Part shown: in pieces, positions 20,032 through 28,694 of the stretch | How positions within the stretch are numbered: the first letter of the stretch is position 1 | How the letters are laid out: every line of letters starts with the position of its first letter | Sequence record: SRR31156797_1383 | Length of the DNA stretch: 47,922 nt | Direction: 5' to 3' (one strand) | Program-made: the position numbers and the translations under genes | The notes under the pieces: generated by a model | What the model saw: the letters and a program-made list of their open reading frames with translations, nothing else | Told to the model about the DNA's origin: nothing | Database searches by the model: none

Positions 20032-20910
20032 TTGAAATTAAACAAATTAAAAGCATATGGTAAAATATATGGCGATCCAGAATCCGAATTTTCAGTCCTT
20101 GCGCCATGCAAAAGTAATATTAAACAAAATTTTTTGACATATTATTCTGATGAAAAATTTCAAAATGATATTTTAATTAATGAATGGATAAGTGTTGTAA
20201 TCTGTAAAGAGAAAGATTTGGATTGTTTTTCTAAACGAAAAGATTTGAGTTTCTTAATTGTTGATAATCCTAAACTAACTTTTTTTATAATTCATAATGA
20301 ATTTAATAGAATGAAAAATACAATGTTAAATAATGAAAACAACATTTCATCTTCAGCCATTATTCATCCGAATGTAGAGATTGGATATAATGTGACTATA
20401 CGTGAAAATGTTATTATTTATTCAAATACAAAAATAGGCAATAACTGTTTTATAGGAGCTGGATCAATAATTGGTTCTAGTGGGTTCCAATTTGTTAATG
20501 CAAATGATTCCTACTTATACGTTGAACATTACGGGAAAACGTTAATAGAAGATGATGTTAAAATAATGAATTATGTGACTATCGATAAGCCGGTATTTGA
20601 GTGGGATTCAACAATAGTAGGAAACAATTCTATAATAGATAGTAAGACCCATATAAGTCACGGTGTTAAAATTGGTCAAAAAGTTCTTATTGGATCATGT
20701 TGTTCAATTTCAGGTAATACCATCATAGAAAATGATTGTTATATAGGTCCAAACTCAACAATCGCTAATCGAATTTTGATTGGAGAAAAGTCAAGAGTTT
20801 CTTTAGGCTCAGTGGTTACGAAAGATGTGAGTATAAATGAGTCTGTATCTGGAAATTTTGCGATTCCTCATTGGAAATTTATGGAAAATCTAAAAAAAAG
20901 TATTAAGTGA
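20032..20910 (+). CDS. LpxD-like hexapeptide-repeat acyltransferase
   Basis: LpxD-like N-terminal region (LTYYSDEKF, LIVDNPKLTF), IGSSGFQF, VTIDKP..TIVG..IIDSKTHISHGVKIG, SVVTKDV; TTG start with AGGAG RBS. Confidence 0.78.
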   Translation: MKLNKLKAYGKIYGDPESEFSVLAPCKSNIKQNFLTYYSDEKFQNDILINEWISVVICKEKDLDCFSKRKDLSFLIVDNPKLTFFIIHNEFNRMKNTMLNNENNISSSAIIHPNVEIGYNVTIRENVIIYSNTKIGNNCFIGAGSIIGSSGFQFVNANDSYLYVEHYGKTLIEDDVKIMNYVTIDKPVFEWDSTIVGNNSIIDSKTHISHGVKIGQKVLIGSCCSISGNTIIENDCYIGPNSTIANRILIGEKSRVSLGSVVTKDVSINESVSGNFAIPHWKFMENLKKSIK

Positions 20911-21058
20911 TTTTAATTATCGAGCTATAAACTATCTATGCATATTTTTCTAATCTCTATTTTGAGAACGTAATTTAATTACTTGATTTAGCTTCTATGA
21001 ATCTAAGTAAATTGACTACTTTTAGCAATTTTTTAGCCAAATGCATGAATGAGGATAT

Positions 21059-21673
21059 CTACATCTCAAACTTCCGCCAATCAAACAAATAAATCACCCC
21101 AATTGCTTTGAACATCAAATAGACAAAATGACCATAATTATGGCCGACCAGATGTAACGCATCAGCGGAAGCTCCTTTATTCGACCAAAGAGTAAAACCT
21201 AATATAATGGCTAAGATCAACAGACCTTTTCCTAATGCAAAGACAATTGTTTTTGCAGGAAGGGGTCTTTTTTTTGTGAGGAAAAAACCGAATAAAAGGA
21301 CAAAGTTAACTAGTAACAAAAAATGTGCAGCAGCTGTCCATAGGGTCATTGTTCCTGTAGGTGTTAAGAAGTCGGTGAAAACGCAAGCGAGGACTGCAGT
21401 CAAATTGAGCAAGTATAGAGGAAGGCGGAAGGTTGGTTTCTTCTCCTCACTCATTTTTTCTGGTTCTTCTGCTAATTGTTCTGGTTTTAGCAGTGTCTCT
21501 AAATCGATTTGATAGAGATCACTTAATTTGATCAATGTATCGATGTCTGGGGTACTTCGATTGTTTTCCCAATTTGAGATCGTTTGTCTGGTAACAAATA
21601 ATTTTTCGGAAACTTCTTGTTGGGTGAGTCCTAATTTCAAGCGACTCTCTTTTATTTTTTCAGCTATAGTCAT
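21059..21673 (-). CDS. XRE-family HTH regulator with C-terminal membrane helices
   Basis: IKESRLKLGLTQQEVSEKLFVTRQTISNWENNRSTPDIDTLIKLSDLY followed by ~4 TM helices; AAGGAG RBS before ATG 21673 (the track start 21754 is probably too far upstream). Confidence 0.88.
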   Translation of the reverse strand: MTIAEKIKESRLKLGLTQQEVSEKLFVTRQTISNWENNRSTPDIDTLIKLSDLYQIDLETLLKPEQLAEEPEKMSEEKKPTFRLPLYLLNLTAVLACVFTDFLTPTGTMTLWTAAAHFLLLVNFVLLFGFFLTKKRPLPAKTIVFALGKGLLILAIILGFTLWSNKGASADALHLVGHNYGHFVYLMFKAIGVIYLFDWRKFEM

Positions 21674-22207
21674 TTCAATGCTCCTTCTGACATATCCTAT
21701 CATAAAGCGGTTCATAGAAACAATTGAAAAGCTCGATTTAACGAAGAAATGCACAAGTATATTTCTTCGTTTTCAAAAAATGAAAATAAAATGAGTTTAG
21801 CTAGAATTTCGCATTGGGTATTCACGGCAGCTCGATTGTTTTTAGTGATTTTTTCTTTTAAATAATACCTAATTCAATTATGCTGAGTTGGAAATTTGAA
21901 AAAATATCTCTTTTGAAGATTAGGAGGTATTTTTATATGAGTCATTTAAAAAAGAAAGGAAATCTTTGGTGAAAATAGTGTCCTGTTTTAGGAAAACGGA
22001 AATCGTTGATAAAACAAGGATGCAAAGAAGCTTTGCGCTGATTTGCACTGGATTTGCTTGAAGGGAAGGGTACTTGAATTATAAAATTCTGAAGAGGTGA
22101 TGTAGTGCAATGATAAATGAATCAGGTATACACAAGATAAAGGGCATTTCATGAGTCCGCATAAAAATTTCAGCTAGGAGTGGAGAATACGATAAATAAA
22201 AAAATGT

Positions 22208-22236
22208 TTGTAAATTAAAATTTAATAAATTATAAT
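22208..22236 (+). promoter_or_regulatory. Sigma-A type promoter of the MucBP gene
   Basis: TTGTAA (22208-22213), 17-nt spacer, TATAAT (22231-22236), ~70 nt upstream of GTG 22308. Confidence 0.7.
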
Positions 22237-22307
22237 GATTTTCAGGCGTGAAAAAAGCTTGAATAAAAAAGTCTAAATTTTGAAAAAGAAGGTTAAGGTG
22301 AAAGTTT

Positions 22308-24983
22308 GTGAAAAAGAAATTTAAACATATTATGTCTTTAATAATCCTATTAAGTGCTGCGGTGGTAACACCAGCATTTCAGGTAATGGCGGAAAGCGAA
22401 GGTTTTTCAGATTCCCAACAGTTGGAGCAAGACGAAAAGATAGCTACACCATCTAATGATACAAATGATTTAACGGAAGCAGATAATGCTGCGATGACAA
22501 CAATGACCTCATCGAGTGTGGATGCTAAAAACGAGCAATCGCAAGTCAACAGTGATAATGAAAAAAATATTTCTGAATCAGATATTAAAGAAGATTCTGC
22601 TGTAAGCACTGTAGATAAGGTTCCCTCATCTGTTAATGCTTCAGCTGCAAGAGCTGTCAATGGGCAACTGACGGTTCAAGTGTTAGATGGTAATTCAAAC
22701 CAACCGATCCAAGGAGCTTATTTCACATTGACCTCCTCCACATCTGGTGAAGTGACATTGTTAGTCACGGACAGTTCAGGAAAGGTTACAATTCAACTTC
22801 CTTCAGGTGGCTATTTTATTAAGCAAGTTGGTACCACGAATCAAAGACAAAACTATGCATTCACGTCGGTTGGAAATTCCATCACCTTGCAGCCTGGGGA
22901 AACGAAAACACTTGAACTTTACGAGCGTTTAATTACGGGTGAATATGCTTTTGGAAACAGTCCCGATACGATTCATATTCCTGTAAACAGTACGTTTGAT
23001 TTCTCAACCAAAGCATTAGGCATTGAGGCGTTTAAACTAAATTTTAGCGGCAATATAGAAAAAAGCATTTCTGACTCGCAAATCTATCCTTACTACACCA
23101 ATGTTGACCCAAGCAACCCAGGTTCCTATGTAGCAATTTTTATGGCTCGACAAGCCTCCTATAGCGTGAATACCACACATGTGGTCAATGTCATTGTCGA
23201 TCCGGAGCAAATTGGAGAGGTAAATGTCCGATACCTTGATGGTCAAGGGCAAGAAATCCATGAGATGCAGACCTTGACCGGTACGATTGGTGAACCATAT
23301 GATGTTAGCAACGAAGAATATAAGTTAACACTTGATGGCTACACGTTAGATGAAACTAAGTTACCAGAAAACAGTAAAGGTATCTTGGGAGAAACAGCAC
23401 AGACGGTCACCTATGTGTATACAAAAAATCCCGTACCAGCAGCGGATGTAACGGTCGAGTACGTAAATACAGAAGGTAAAGAAGTTCATCCTTCTCAAAC
23501 GATCAGTGGAAATGTAGGGGACCCATACGATGCTAGCACAGAACAATATCAATTAAAAATCGAAGGCTACACTTTAGACGAAACTAAACTACCAGAAAAT
23601 GGTATCGGTGTATTTGGCGAAACGGTGCAAACAGTCACTTATGTCTACACAAAAAATGCTGTACCAGCTGCGGATATCACGGTCGAATATATAGATACCG
23701 AAGGCAACGAAATCCACGCTTCTCAGACGATTAGCGGTAATGTGGGCAATCCATACGATGCCAGTACAGAGAACTATCAATTAACGATCGACGGCTATAC
23801 ACTGGATGAAAGCCAACTGCCAGAAAATACCACAGGAGTATTTAGTGAAACAGTACAAACAGTCACTTATGTTTATACAAAAAATGCTGTACCAGCTGCG
23901 GATGTAACAATTAAGTATGTGGATACAGAAGGCAAAGAAATACACGCTAGCCAAACGATTTGCGGTAATGTAGGTGAATCATACGATGCCAACGTAGAAC
24001 AATATCAAGTAAAAATCGAAGGCTACACTTTAGACGAAGCTAAGCTACCAGAAAATGGTATCGGTGTATTCAGCGAAACGGCCCAAACTGTTACCTACAT
24101 TTACATAAAAAATCCGATACCAGCAGCGGATATAACAGTAAAATACGTTGATACAGAGGGCAATGAAATTCATGACTCCCAAACCATTAGCGGAAGTATA
24201 GGTGATTCATACGATGCCAGCACACATCAATATAAAGTAACGATCGAAGGCTATACTCTAGATGAAACCCAGTTGCCAGAAAATAGTAAAGGTATTTTTA
24301 GCGAAACAGCGGAAACAGTTGCGTATATCTATATAAAAAATCCGGTACCAGCAGCTGATGTCACAGTGGAGTACGTGGATACAGAAGGCAAAGAAGTTCA
24401 CACTACTAATAAAATTAGTGGGAATGTTGGTGATTCATATGATGCCAGCTCAGAACAATACCAAGTAAAAATTGATGGCTACACCTTAGACGAAAGCCGA
24501 TTACCAGAAAACCTTAAAGGTGTGTTTAGCGAAACAGCACAAACAGTCACATACATCTACACAAAAAATTCTGTACCAGCAGCGGATATAACAGTCGAGT
24601 ATGTGGACACCGAAGGCAAAGAAATTCACCCTCCTCAAATTATAACTGGAAACGTAGGCGACTCTTATGATGCCAGCACAGAAAAATATCAACTAACAAT
24701 CGAAGGCTACACGTTAGACGGAAGTCAGCTGCCGCAAAATGCCAAAGGCACATTCGGTAAGCAGGAGGCAACTGTGACGTATGTTTATACAAAAGAAAAC
24801 GTAGCAACAGTGGATAGTTCTGATAAAAAAGAAAAAGACCCAACAGCGACTGTTACTTCGAAAAAAAGCAATTCTGCGCAAAGATTGCCGCAAACCGATG
24901 AGCAGGGGACGTTGTTCCCATTTGTAGTTGGTTTGTGCTTCGTCACCACGGCAAGCTGGCTTTATTTCAGAAAGCGAAAATAG
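22308..24983 (+). CDS. Cell-wall-anchored MucBP-repeat surface protein
   Basis: Signal peptide, S/T/D-rich linker, SpaA/prealbumin-like domain (PIQGAYFTL..TDSSGKV), one Ig-like domain, seven MucBP repeats, LPQTD motif plus TM helix and RKRK tail. Confidence 0.9.
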   Translation: MKKKFKHIMSLIILLSAAVVTPAFQVMAESEGFSDSQQLEQDEKIATPSNDTNDLTEADNAAMTTMTSSSVDAKNEQSQVNSDNEKNISESDIKEDSAVSTVDKVPSSVNASAARAVNGQLTVQVLDGNSNQPIQGAYFTLTSSTSGEVTLLVTDSSGKVTIQLPSGGYFIKQVGTTNQRQNYAFTSVGNSITLQPGETKTLELYERLITGEYAFGNSPDTIHIPVNSTFDFSTKALGIEAFKLNFSGNIEKSISDSQIYPYYTNVDPSNPGSYVAIFMARQASYSVNTTHVVNVIVDPEQIGEVNVRYLDGQGQEIHEMQTLTGTIGEPYDVSNEEYKLTLDGYTLDETKLPENSKGILGETAQTVTYVYTKNPVPAADVTVEYVNTEGKEVHPSQTISGNVGDPYDASTEQYQLKIEGYTLDETKLPENGIGVFGETVQTVTYVYTKNAVPAADITVEYIDTEGNEIHASQTISGNVGNPYDASTENYQLTIDGYTLDESQLPENTTGVFSETVQTVTYVYTKNAVPAADVTIKYVDTEGKEIHASQTICGNVGESYDANVEQYQVKIEGYTLDEAKLPENGIGVFSETAQTVTYIYIKNPIPAADITVKYVDTEGNEIHDSQTISGSIGDSYDASTHQYKVTIEGYTLDETQLPENSKGIFSETAETVAYIYIKNPVPAADVTVEYVDTEGKEVHTTNKISGNVGDSYDASSEQYQVKIDGYTLDESRLPENLKGVFSETAQTVTYIYTKNSVPAADITVEYVDTEGKEIHPPQIITGNVGDSYDASTEKYQLTIEGYTLDGSQLPQNAKGTFGKQEATVTYVYTKENVATVDSSDKKEKDPTATVTSKKSNSAQRLPQTDEQGTLFPFVVGLCFVTTASWLYFRKRK
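23214..24794 (+). repeat. Seven tandem 228-bp (76-aa) MucBP repeats
   Basis: Recurring ADVTVEYVDTEGKEIH..QTISGNVG..YDAS..IEGYTLDE..LPEN..QTVTYVYTKN at a 228-bp period. Confidence 0.92.
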
Positions 24984-25023
24984 CGATCAAGTAAGTCATT
25001 GGGGAAAGGCGTTATTGTCTATC

Positions 25024-25059
25024 AAAAAAGGACAGCTACGATTCAGCTGTCCTTTTTTT
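25024..25059. terminator. Bidirectional intrinsic terminator
   Basis: aaaaaaggacagct / agctgtcctttttt perfect inverted repeat between convergent genes. Confidence 0.88.
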
Positions 25060-25065
25060 GATTAT

Positions 25066-25680
25066 TTAACGAAAGAATGAAATAAAACCGAGTCCATCAT
25101 AAAGAAAATGGCAGATCCAGCTGACCCAAACACTATTGGATTTTTTCCAGACGTAGTTGAGTGCCAATCTTGCGGGCATCAAGGTGATCAATAATTGTGC
25201 TGGATGAAAACCGTACGCTGGGATATGCCACAAAGCGAACAGCACACTGCAAATGATGGAAGACCAGAGGAAAGAGAATCCTTTTTTCTGTAAAGCTAAC
25301 AAGAGATTGCTACTAAGCAACTCTTCTCCCATCAACATGAAGGGTACTTGTAAAAAGACCATTTGGACAGTGATGGTTTCGCCGATCGAGTTAGTTGTTG
25401 GTTGTCCAAAAATAGCGGCATAAATAAAGGAAAAGAACACGCCAGTCAAAATGACGAAAGGCACACCCCATAATAAAACGATGAAACGAAAATGTTTGAA
25501 TTGTTCCAAAAAGGTCCTTCGTAAGAGAAAGTACCCTGCACCAAATGCCAAAATCACATTCCATACAGTACCAATGATGGATAAAACGGAATCGCTTAGG
25601 GGTGTATAGGGAAGCATTTGATAGGTTAAACCGATGACTAATGTAAGAATAAATAAATACGTTGCTGACTTGTGTTTCAT
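25066..25680 (-). CDS. CPBP (type II CAAX/Abi) intramembrane glutamic endopeptidase family protein
   Basis: Polytopic membrane protein with GEELL, FALWH and HFLYD motifs; AAGGA RBS before ATG 25680. Confidence 0.82.
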   Translation of the reverse strand: MKHKSATYLFILTLVIGLTYQMLPYTPLSDSVLSIIGTVWNVILAFGAGYFLLRRTFLEQFKHFRFIVLLWGVPFVILTGVFFSFIYAAIFGQPTTNSIGETITVQMVFLQVPFMLMGEELLSSNLLLALQKKGFSFLWSSIICSVLFALWHIPAYGFHPAQLLITLMPARLALNYVWKKSNSVWVSWICHFLYDGLGFISFFR

Positions 25681-25898
25681 TTTGAACACATCCTTTAAAG
25701 TAATTGCCACACGCTGAATTATAAACAGAAAAAACATCAAAGTACAAAAAGATATCTCTCATTATTTTTAAACGAAAATAAAACGGAGTGAATACGATAT
25801 CATGGCTGATAGGCTTGCTTTTATTAGTATCAGAATAAAAGATTTCTTAGAACAATTCTCAAAAATGGTGAACAAAAAGAGAAGTTTATAAGAATCTC

Positions 25899-25937
25899 TG
25901 TAACACTGTTGAAATATTATTACGCTTATGTTACATT
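25899..25937 (+). promoter_or_regulatory. Deacetylase promoter overlapped by two WalR/YycF-like boxes
   Basis: TTGAAA (25909-14), 17-nt spacer, TACATT (25932-37) with extended TG; TGTAAC-N5-TGAAAT (25899-25915, +) and TGTAAC-N5-CGTAAT (25919-25935, -). Confidence 0.55.
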
Positions 25938-25971
25938 TTGTTTACGTTATTATGTTTTAGGGAGAATGTTT

Positions 25972-27534
25972 ATGAAGAAATCAAGTAATTATTCAAATAA
26001 TTCACAACATAAAGAAGCGATGTCTGAAAAACAAGCACCTTTTTCAAGGGTCGAATCACATCAAAAGCAAACAACGGGAACGGCAAGACGCACGCAAATC
26101 AACGATCGTCAAGTTTCTAAAAAGAAGCCAACCCATCGTAAGTATCTCTTTTCATTGATGACGCTTCTGACAATTGTCATTATCGCCACTGGCGGCTATA
26201 TCGCCTTTACGTTGAAGCAGCAAGAAGCCTTGGCACGGGAAAAATATGAGGCTGCTGCTGAAAAGTTATTGGCATCGATCCAAGAAGAACAAGTTAAAGA
26301 GGGAATCCCAGCAAAACTCGAAACATTGTCTAATGGGGACAAGAAAGAATTGATTTTCCGACCAAAAGAAGAAAGTACGATTCCTGTCAAAGATGCAAGC
26401 AAGAAATTGTCGACCATGGCGAACAAATTATGCAAAAAACACACCGACAAAGAGACAGTCACTGTTGCTCGGATTGAAGCACAAGCTGTCGCATCGAAAG
26501 TGTCAACCTATTCTTTAAAAGCGGACAGCTATGTTTGGAACCGGGAAACTGGTCGCTTTGAAGATGCGGATAGCGTGGTTGCCGATCCAATTTTTATTTC
26601 CGAGAAAACCGGCAATGAATTATCCTTGAAAGACTTGGTTCCAGATGAAGGCAGCTTGTTAGGGATCCAGCAAGTCATTCAGCAAAAGATTTTAGACCAA
26701 GCCAAGGAACCTGATAAAGTCATTGATGCGGTCTTGGCGATGGATCGAATCACCTATGAGTCGAAATTTACGTATGATCCTGAAAAATTAACGATCCAGT
26801 TGCCCCAAAATCAAACTGGCGTATCTGAGATCACGTTGGCGTACAAAGAGATTGCACCGTTTATTGATCCGGAACTTGTTAATGCGGATCAATTGAAAGA
26901 GCAACAATCGACATTGGACCAAAACAAAAAATATGTTGCACTGACTTTCGATGATGGCCCTAACGACACAACCACATTAGATCTTTTGAAGATTTTAAAG
27001 GACAACGATGTCAAAGCAACGTTTTTTGAATTAGGACAAATGGTGGATCGATATCCTGAAGTATCGAAAAAAGTCCATGAGGAAGGGCATGAAATTGCCA
27101 GTCACTCCTATTCACATCCGCAATTAAATACGTTGTCGCCGGAGGATGTCAAAGCTGAAATAACTAAGACCGACAAAGCAATCTATCAGGCAACAGGAGT
27201 CTTACCTAAGAATTTGCGCCCGCCGTATGGGGCGATCGATCAACAGAGCGCCCAAGCGGCAGGAAAATCGATCATTCAATGGAGTGTTGATACCGAGGAT
27301 TGGAAGCTAAAAGATCCGAACAAAATTTTGAAGGTCGTACAAAATAATGTCTACGATGGTTCAATAATTCTGCTCCATGATATTCATCCGAAATCCGTTC
27401 AAGCCGTACCTGGTATTATTCAAACGCTGAAAGCGCAAGGCTATGAATTTGTGACGGTGGATCAATTGCTCAATGGCAACCAAAAACCAATGTATCAATA
27501 CTTTGGAGCGACAGACGAACGTAGTGTTAGCTAA
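25972..27534 (+). CDS. pgdA: Membrane-anchored peptidoglycan N-deacetylase (CE4/NodB domain, PgdA-like)
   Basis: N-terminal TM helix; motifs TFDDGP, HSYSH, LRPPYG, WSVDTEDW, LLHD; GGGAG RBS 7 nt before ATG 25972. Confidence 0.85.
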   Translation: MKKSSNYSNNSQHKEAMSEKQAPFSRVESHQKQTTGTARRTQINDRQVSKKKPTHRKYLFSLMTLLTIVIIATGGYIAFTLKQQEALAREKYEAAAEKLLASIQEEQVKEGIPAKLETLSNGDKKELIFRPKEESTIPVKDASKKLSTMANKLCKKHTDKETVTVARIEAQAVASKVSTYSLKADSYVWNRETGRFEDADSVVADPIFISEKTGNELSLKDLVPDEGSLLGIQQVIQQKILDQAKEPDKVIDAVLAMDRITYESKFTYDPEKLTIQLPQNQTGVSEITLAYKEIAPFIDPELVNADQLKEQQSTLDQNKKYVALTFDDGPNDTTTLDLLKILKDNDVKATFFELGQMVDRYPEVSKKVHEEGHEIASHSYSHPQLNTLSPEDVKAEITKTDKAIYQATGVLPKNLRPPYGAIDQQSAQAAGKSIIQWSVDTEDWKLKDPNKILKVVQNNVYDGSIILLHDIHPKSVQAVPGIIQTLKAQGYEFVTVDQLLNGNQKPMYQYFGATDERSVS

Positions 27535-27540
27535 TAGCTG

Positions 27541-27577
27541 AAAAAGGAAGTGATGGCAATCATCACTTCCTTTTTTT
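27541..27577. terminator. Bidirectional intrinsic terminator
   Basis: aaaaaggaagtgatg / catcacttccttttt perfect inverted repeat plus T-run, between convergent genes. Confidence 0.88.
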
Positions 27578-27605
27578 ATTAACGAACGCTGCAGTTGCCG
27601 CTTTA

Positions 27606-28490
27606 TCACTCGGAGGAGGCAAATGCTCGGAGATAATCTTCATCCAATAGCAAAGCAAAATCATCGGCAAGGGCTTCTTGATCCAGTTCTCGCATAATAG
27701 CCAACATCTTTTGCGTGATCGTTTCACCAGCTTTTTGATCGCCGGTTCTTATGAGCAACACGCCTTGGAAAAACTTGCAGACGGTTTGGTGGAAAAATTC
27801 TTTGTAGTCTGTCGCTAAAAGTTTCAATTGGACAACGAGAACTTCCGTCGCATCGTACTGCTGGTGTTTTAGCGTATATTCAATCAAATTGATCAGCAAG
27901 ACGCAGTAAATTTCACGACCTTTTTCCATATCGATGTAGTACTCGAGCATCTTGGATACTTTTTTGAAAAAGAAGAAATTATGGTCGTTGTCCAGAAGAT
28001 CGATGGTGTTGCCAAATAGTTGGATTTCTTGTAACGTCCAGCTCTCAACATCAATGAGGTAAGAAGTGATCGTTTGGCGATCGCATTCTAAAACAGCACT
28101 TTGTCGATAGACCCCATGTTCTGCCAAGCATTGTAGCATGCGAATTCGTGAGCGAACCTCTGCAATACGGATATTGTTCAGTCTACTAGTGGTTTTTTGT
28201 AGTTCCTGTAACAGCTTTTGTAAATTTGGCAGATCGTGTTTGTTTGAATATTGATTATACCGATGATTATAGCTGTTTTGCTCATCCAGGCGATAGCCAT
28301 TCGCGATATAGAGAAATTCATCGATATCCATTGAGAGATTTTCTAAAATTTGCAACATCAAGTTGGCAGCAATTTGATGCTTGCCTTTTTCGAACTCGAT
28401 GGCATAAGACTTTGAAATAATCGTGCCATAGACTTCTTTTTGGGTGAAGCCTTTTTTCAATCGGATTTGTCTGATCGTTTCGCCATACAT
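27606..28490 (-). CDS. Rgg/GadR/MutR-family (RRNPP) transcriptional regulator
   Basis: MYGETIRQIRLKKGFTQKEVYGTIISKS..FEKG..ILENLSMDIDEF HTH; YLIDVESWTLQEIQLFGN typical of the Rgg C-terminal domain; GGAGG RBS; -10 TATAAT at 28536-28541. Confidence 0.9.
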   Translation of the reverse strand: MYGETIRQIRLKKGFTQKEVYGTIISKSYAIEFEKGKHQIAANLMLQILENLSMDIDEFLYIANGYRLDEQNSYNHRYNQYSNKHDLPNLQKLLQELQKTTSRLNNIRIAEVRSRIRMLQCLAEHGVYRQSAVLECDRQTITSYLIDVESWTLQEIQLFGNTIDLLDNDHNFFFFKKVSKMLEYYIDMEKGREIYCVLLINLIEYTLKHQQYDATEVLVVQLKLLATDYKEFFHQTVCKFFQGVLLIRTGDQKAGETITQKMLAIMRELDQEALADDFALLLDEDYLRAFASSE

Positions 28491-28572
28491 AAGAAAGCCT
28501 CCGCTCTCGTTGAATTAATGAGATCTTGTATCCCCATTATAGTAAAGTAAAGCCAATAGAGGAATCTAAAAG

Positions 28573-28588
28573 GTCTTTTATTTCAGAC
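28573..28588. promoter_or_regulatory. Putative Rgg operator, box 1 (GTC-N10-GAC)
   Basis: gtcttttatttcagac; its reverse complement gtctgaaataaaagac matches box 2 at 12/16 positions; 31 nt upstream of the rgg -10. Confidence 0.45.
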
Positions 28589-28658
28589 TTTCCTTGATTT
28601 GGTGGAAGAAATCGTTCAGTAATCTTTGTGATAGAGGATCCTCAGAGGGGGATCGTAG

Positions 28659-28694
28659 AAAAGCGTGAGAACATTCGGTTCTCACGCTTTTTTT
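28659..28694. terminator. Intrinsic terminator immediately after the small-peptide ORF (potentially bidirectional)
   Basis: aaaagcgtgagaac / gttctcacgctttt perfect 14-bp inverted repeat with a 5-nt loop; T7 on plus, TTTTCT on minus. Confidence 0.85.

Noticed and set aside
22005-22020. Imperfect dyad cgttgataaaacaagg, reminiscent of recombinase or att-associated motifs
   Set aside because: Single copy, no partner site and no recombinase in the window.
873-28420. Short overlapping ORFs in the Mga, cps, MucBP, CPBP, deacetylase and rgg genes
   Set aside because: All overlap longer genes with clear family motifs and show no recognisable features.
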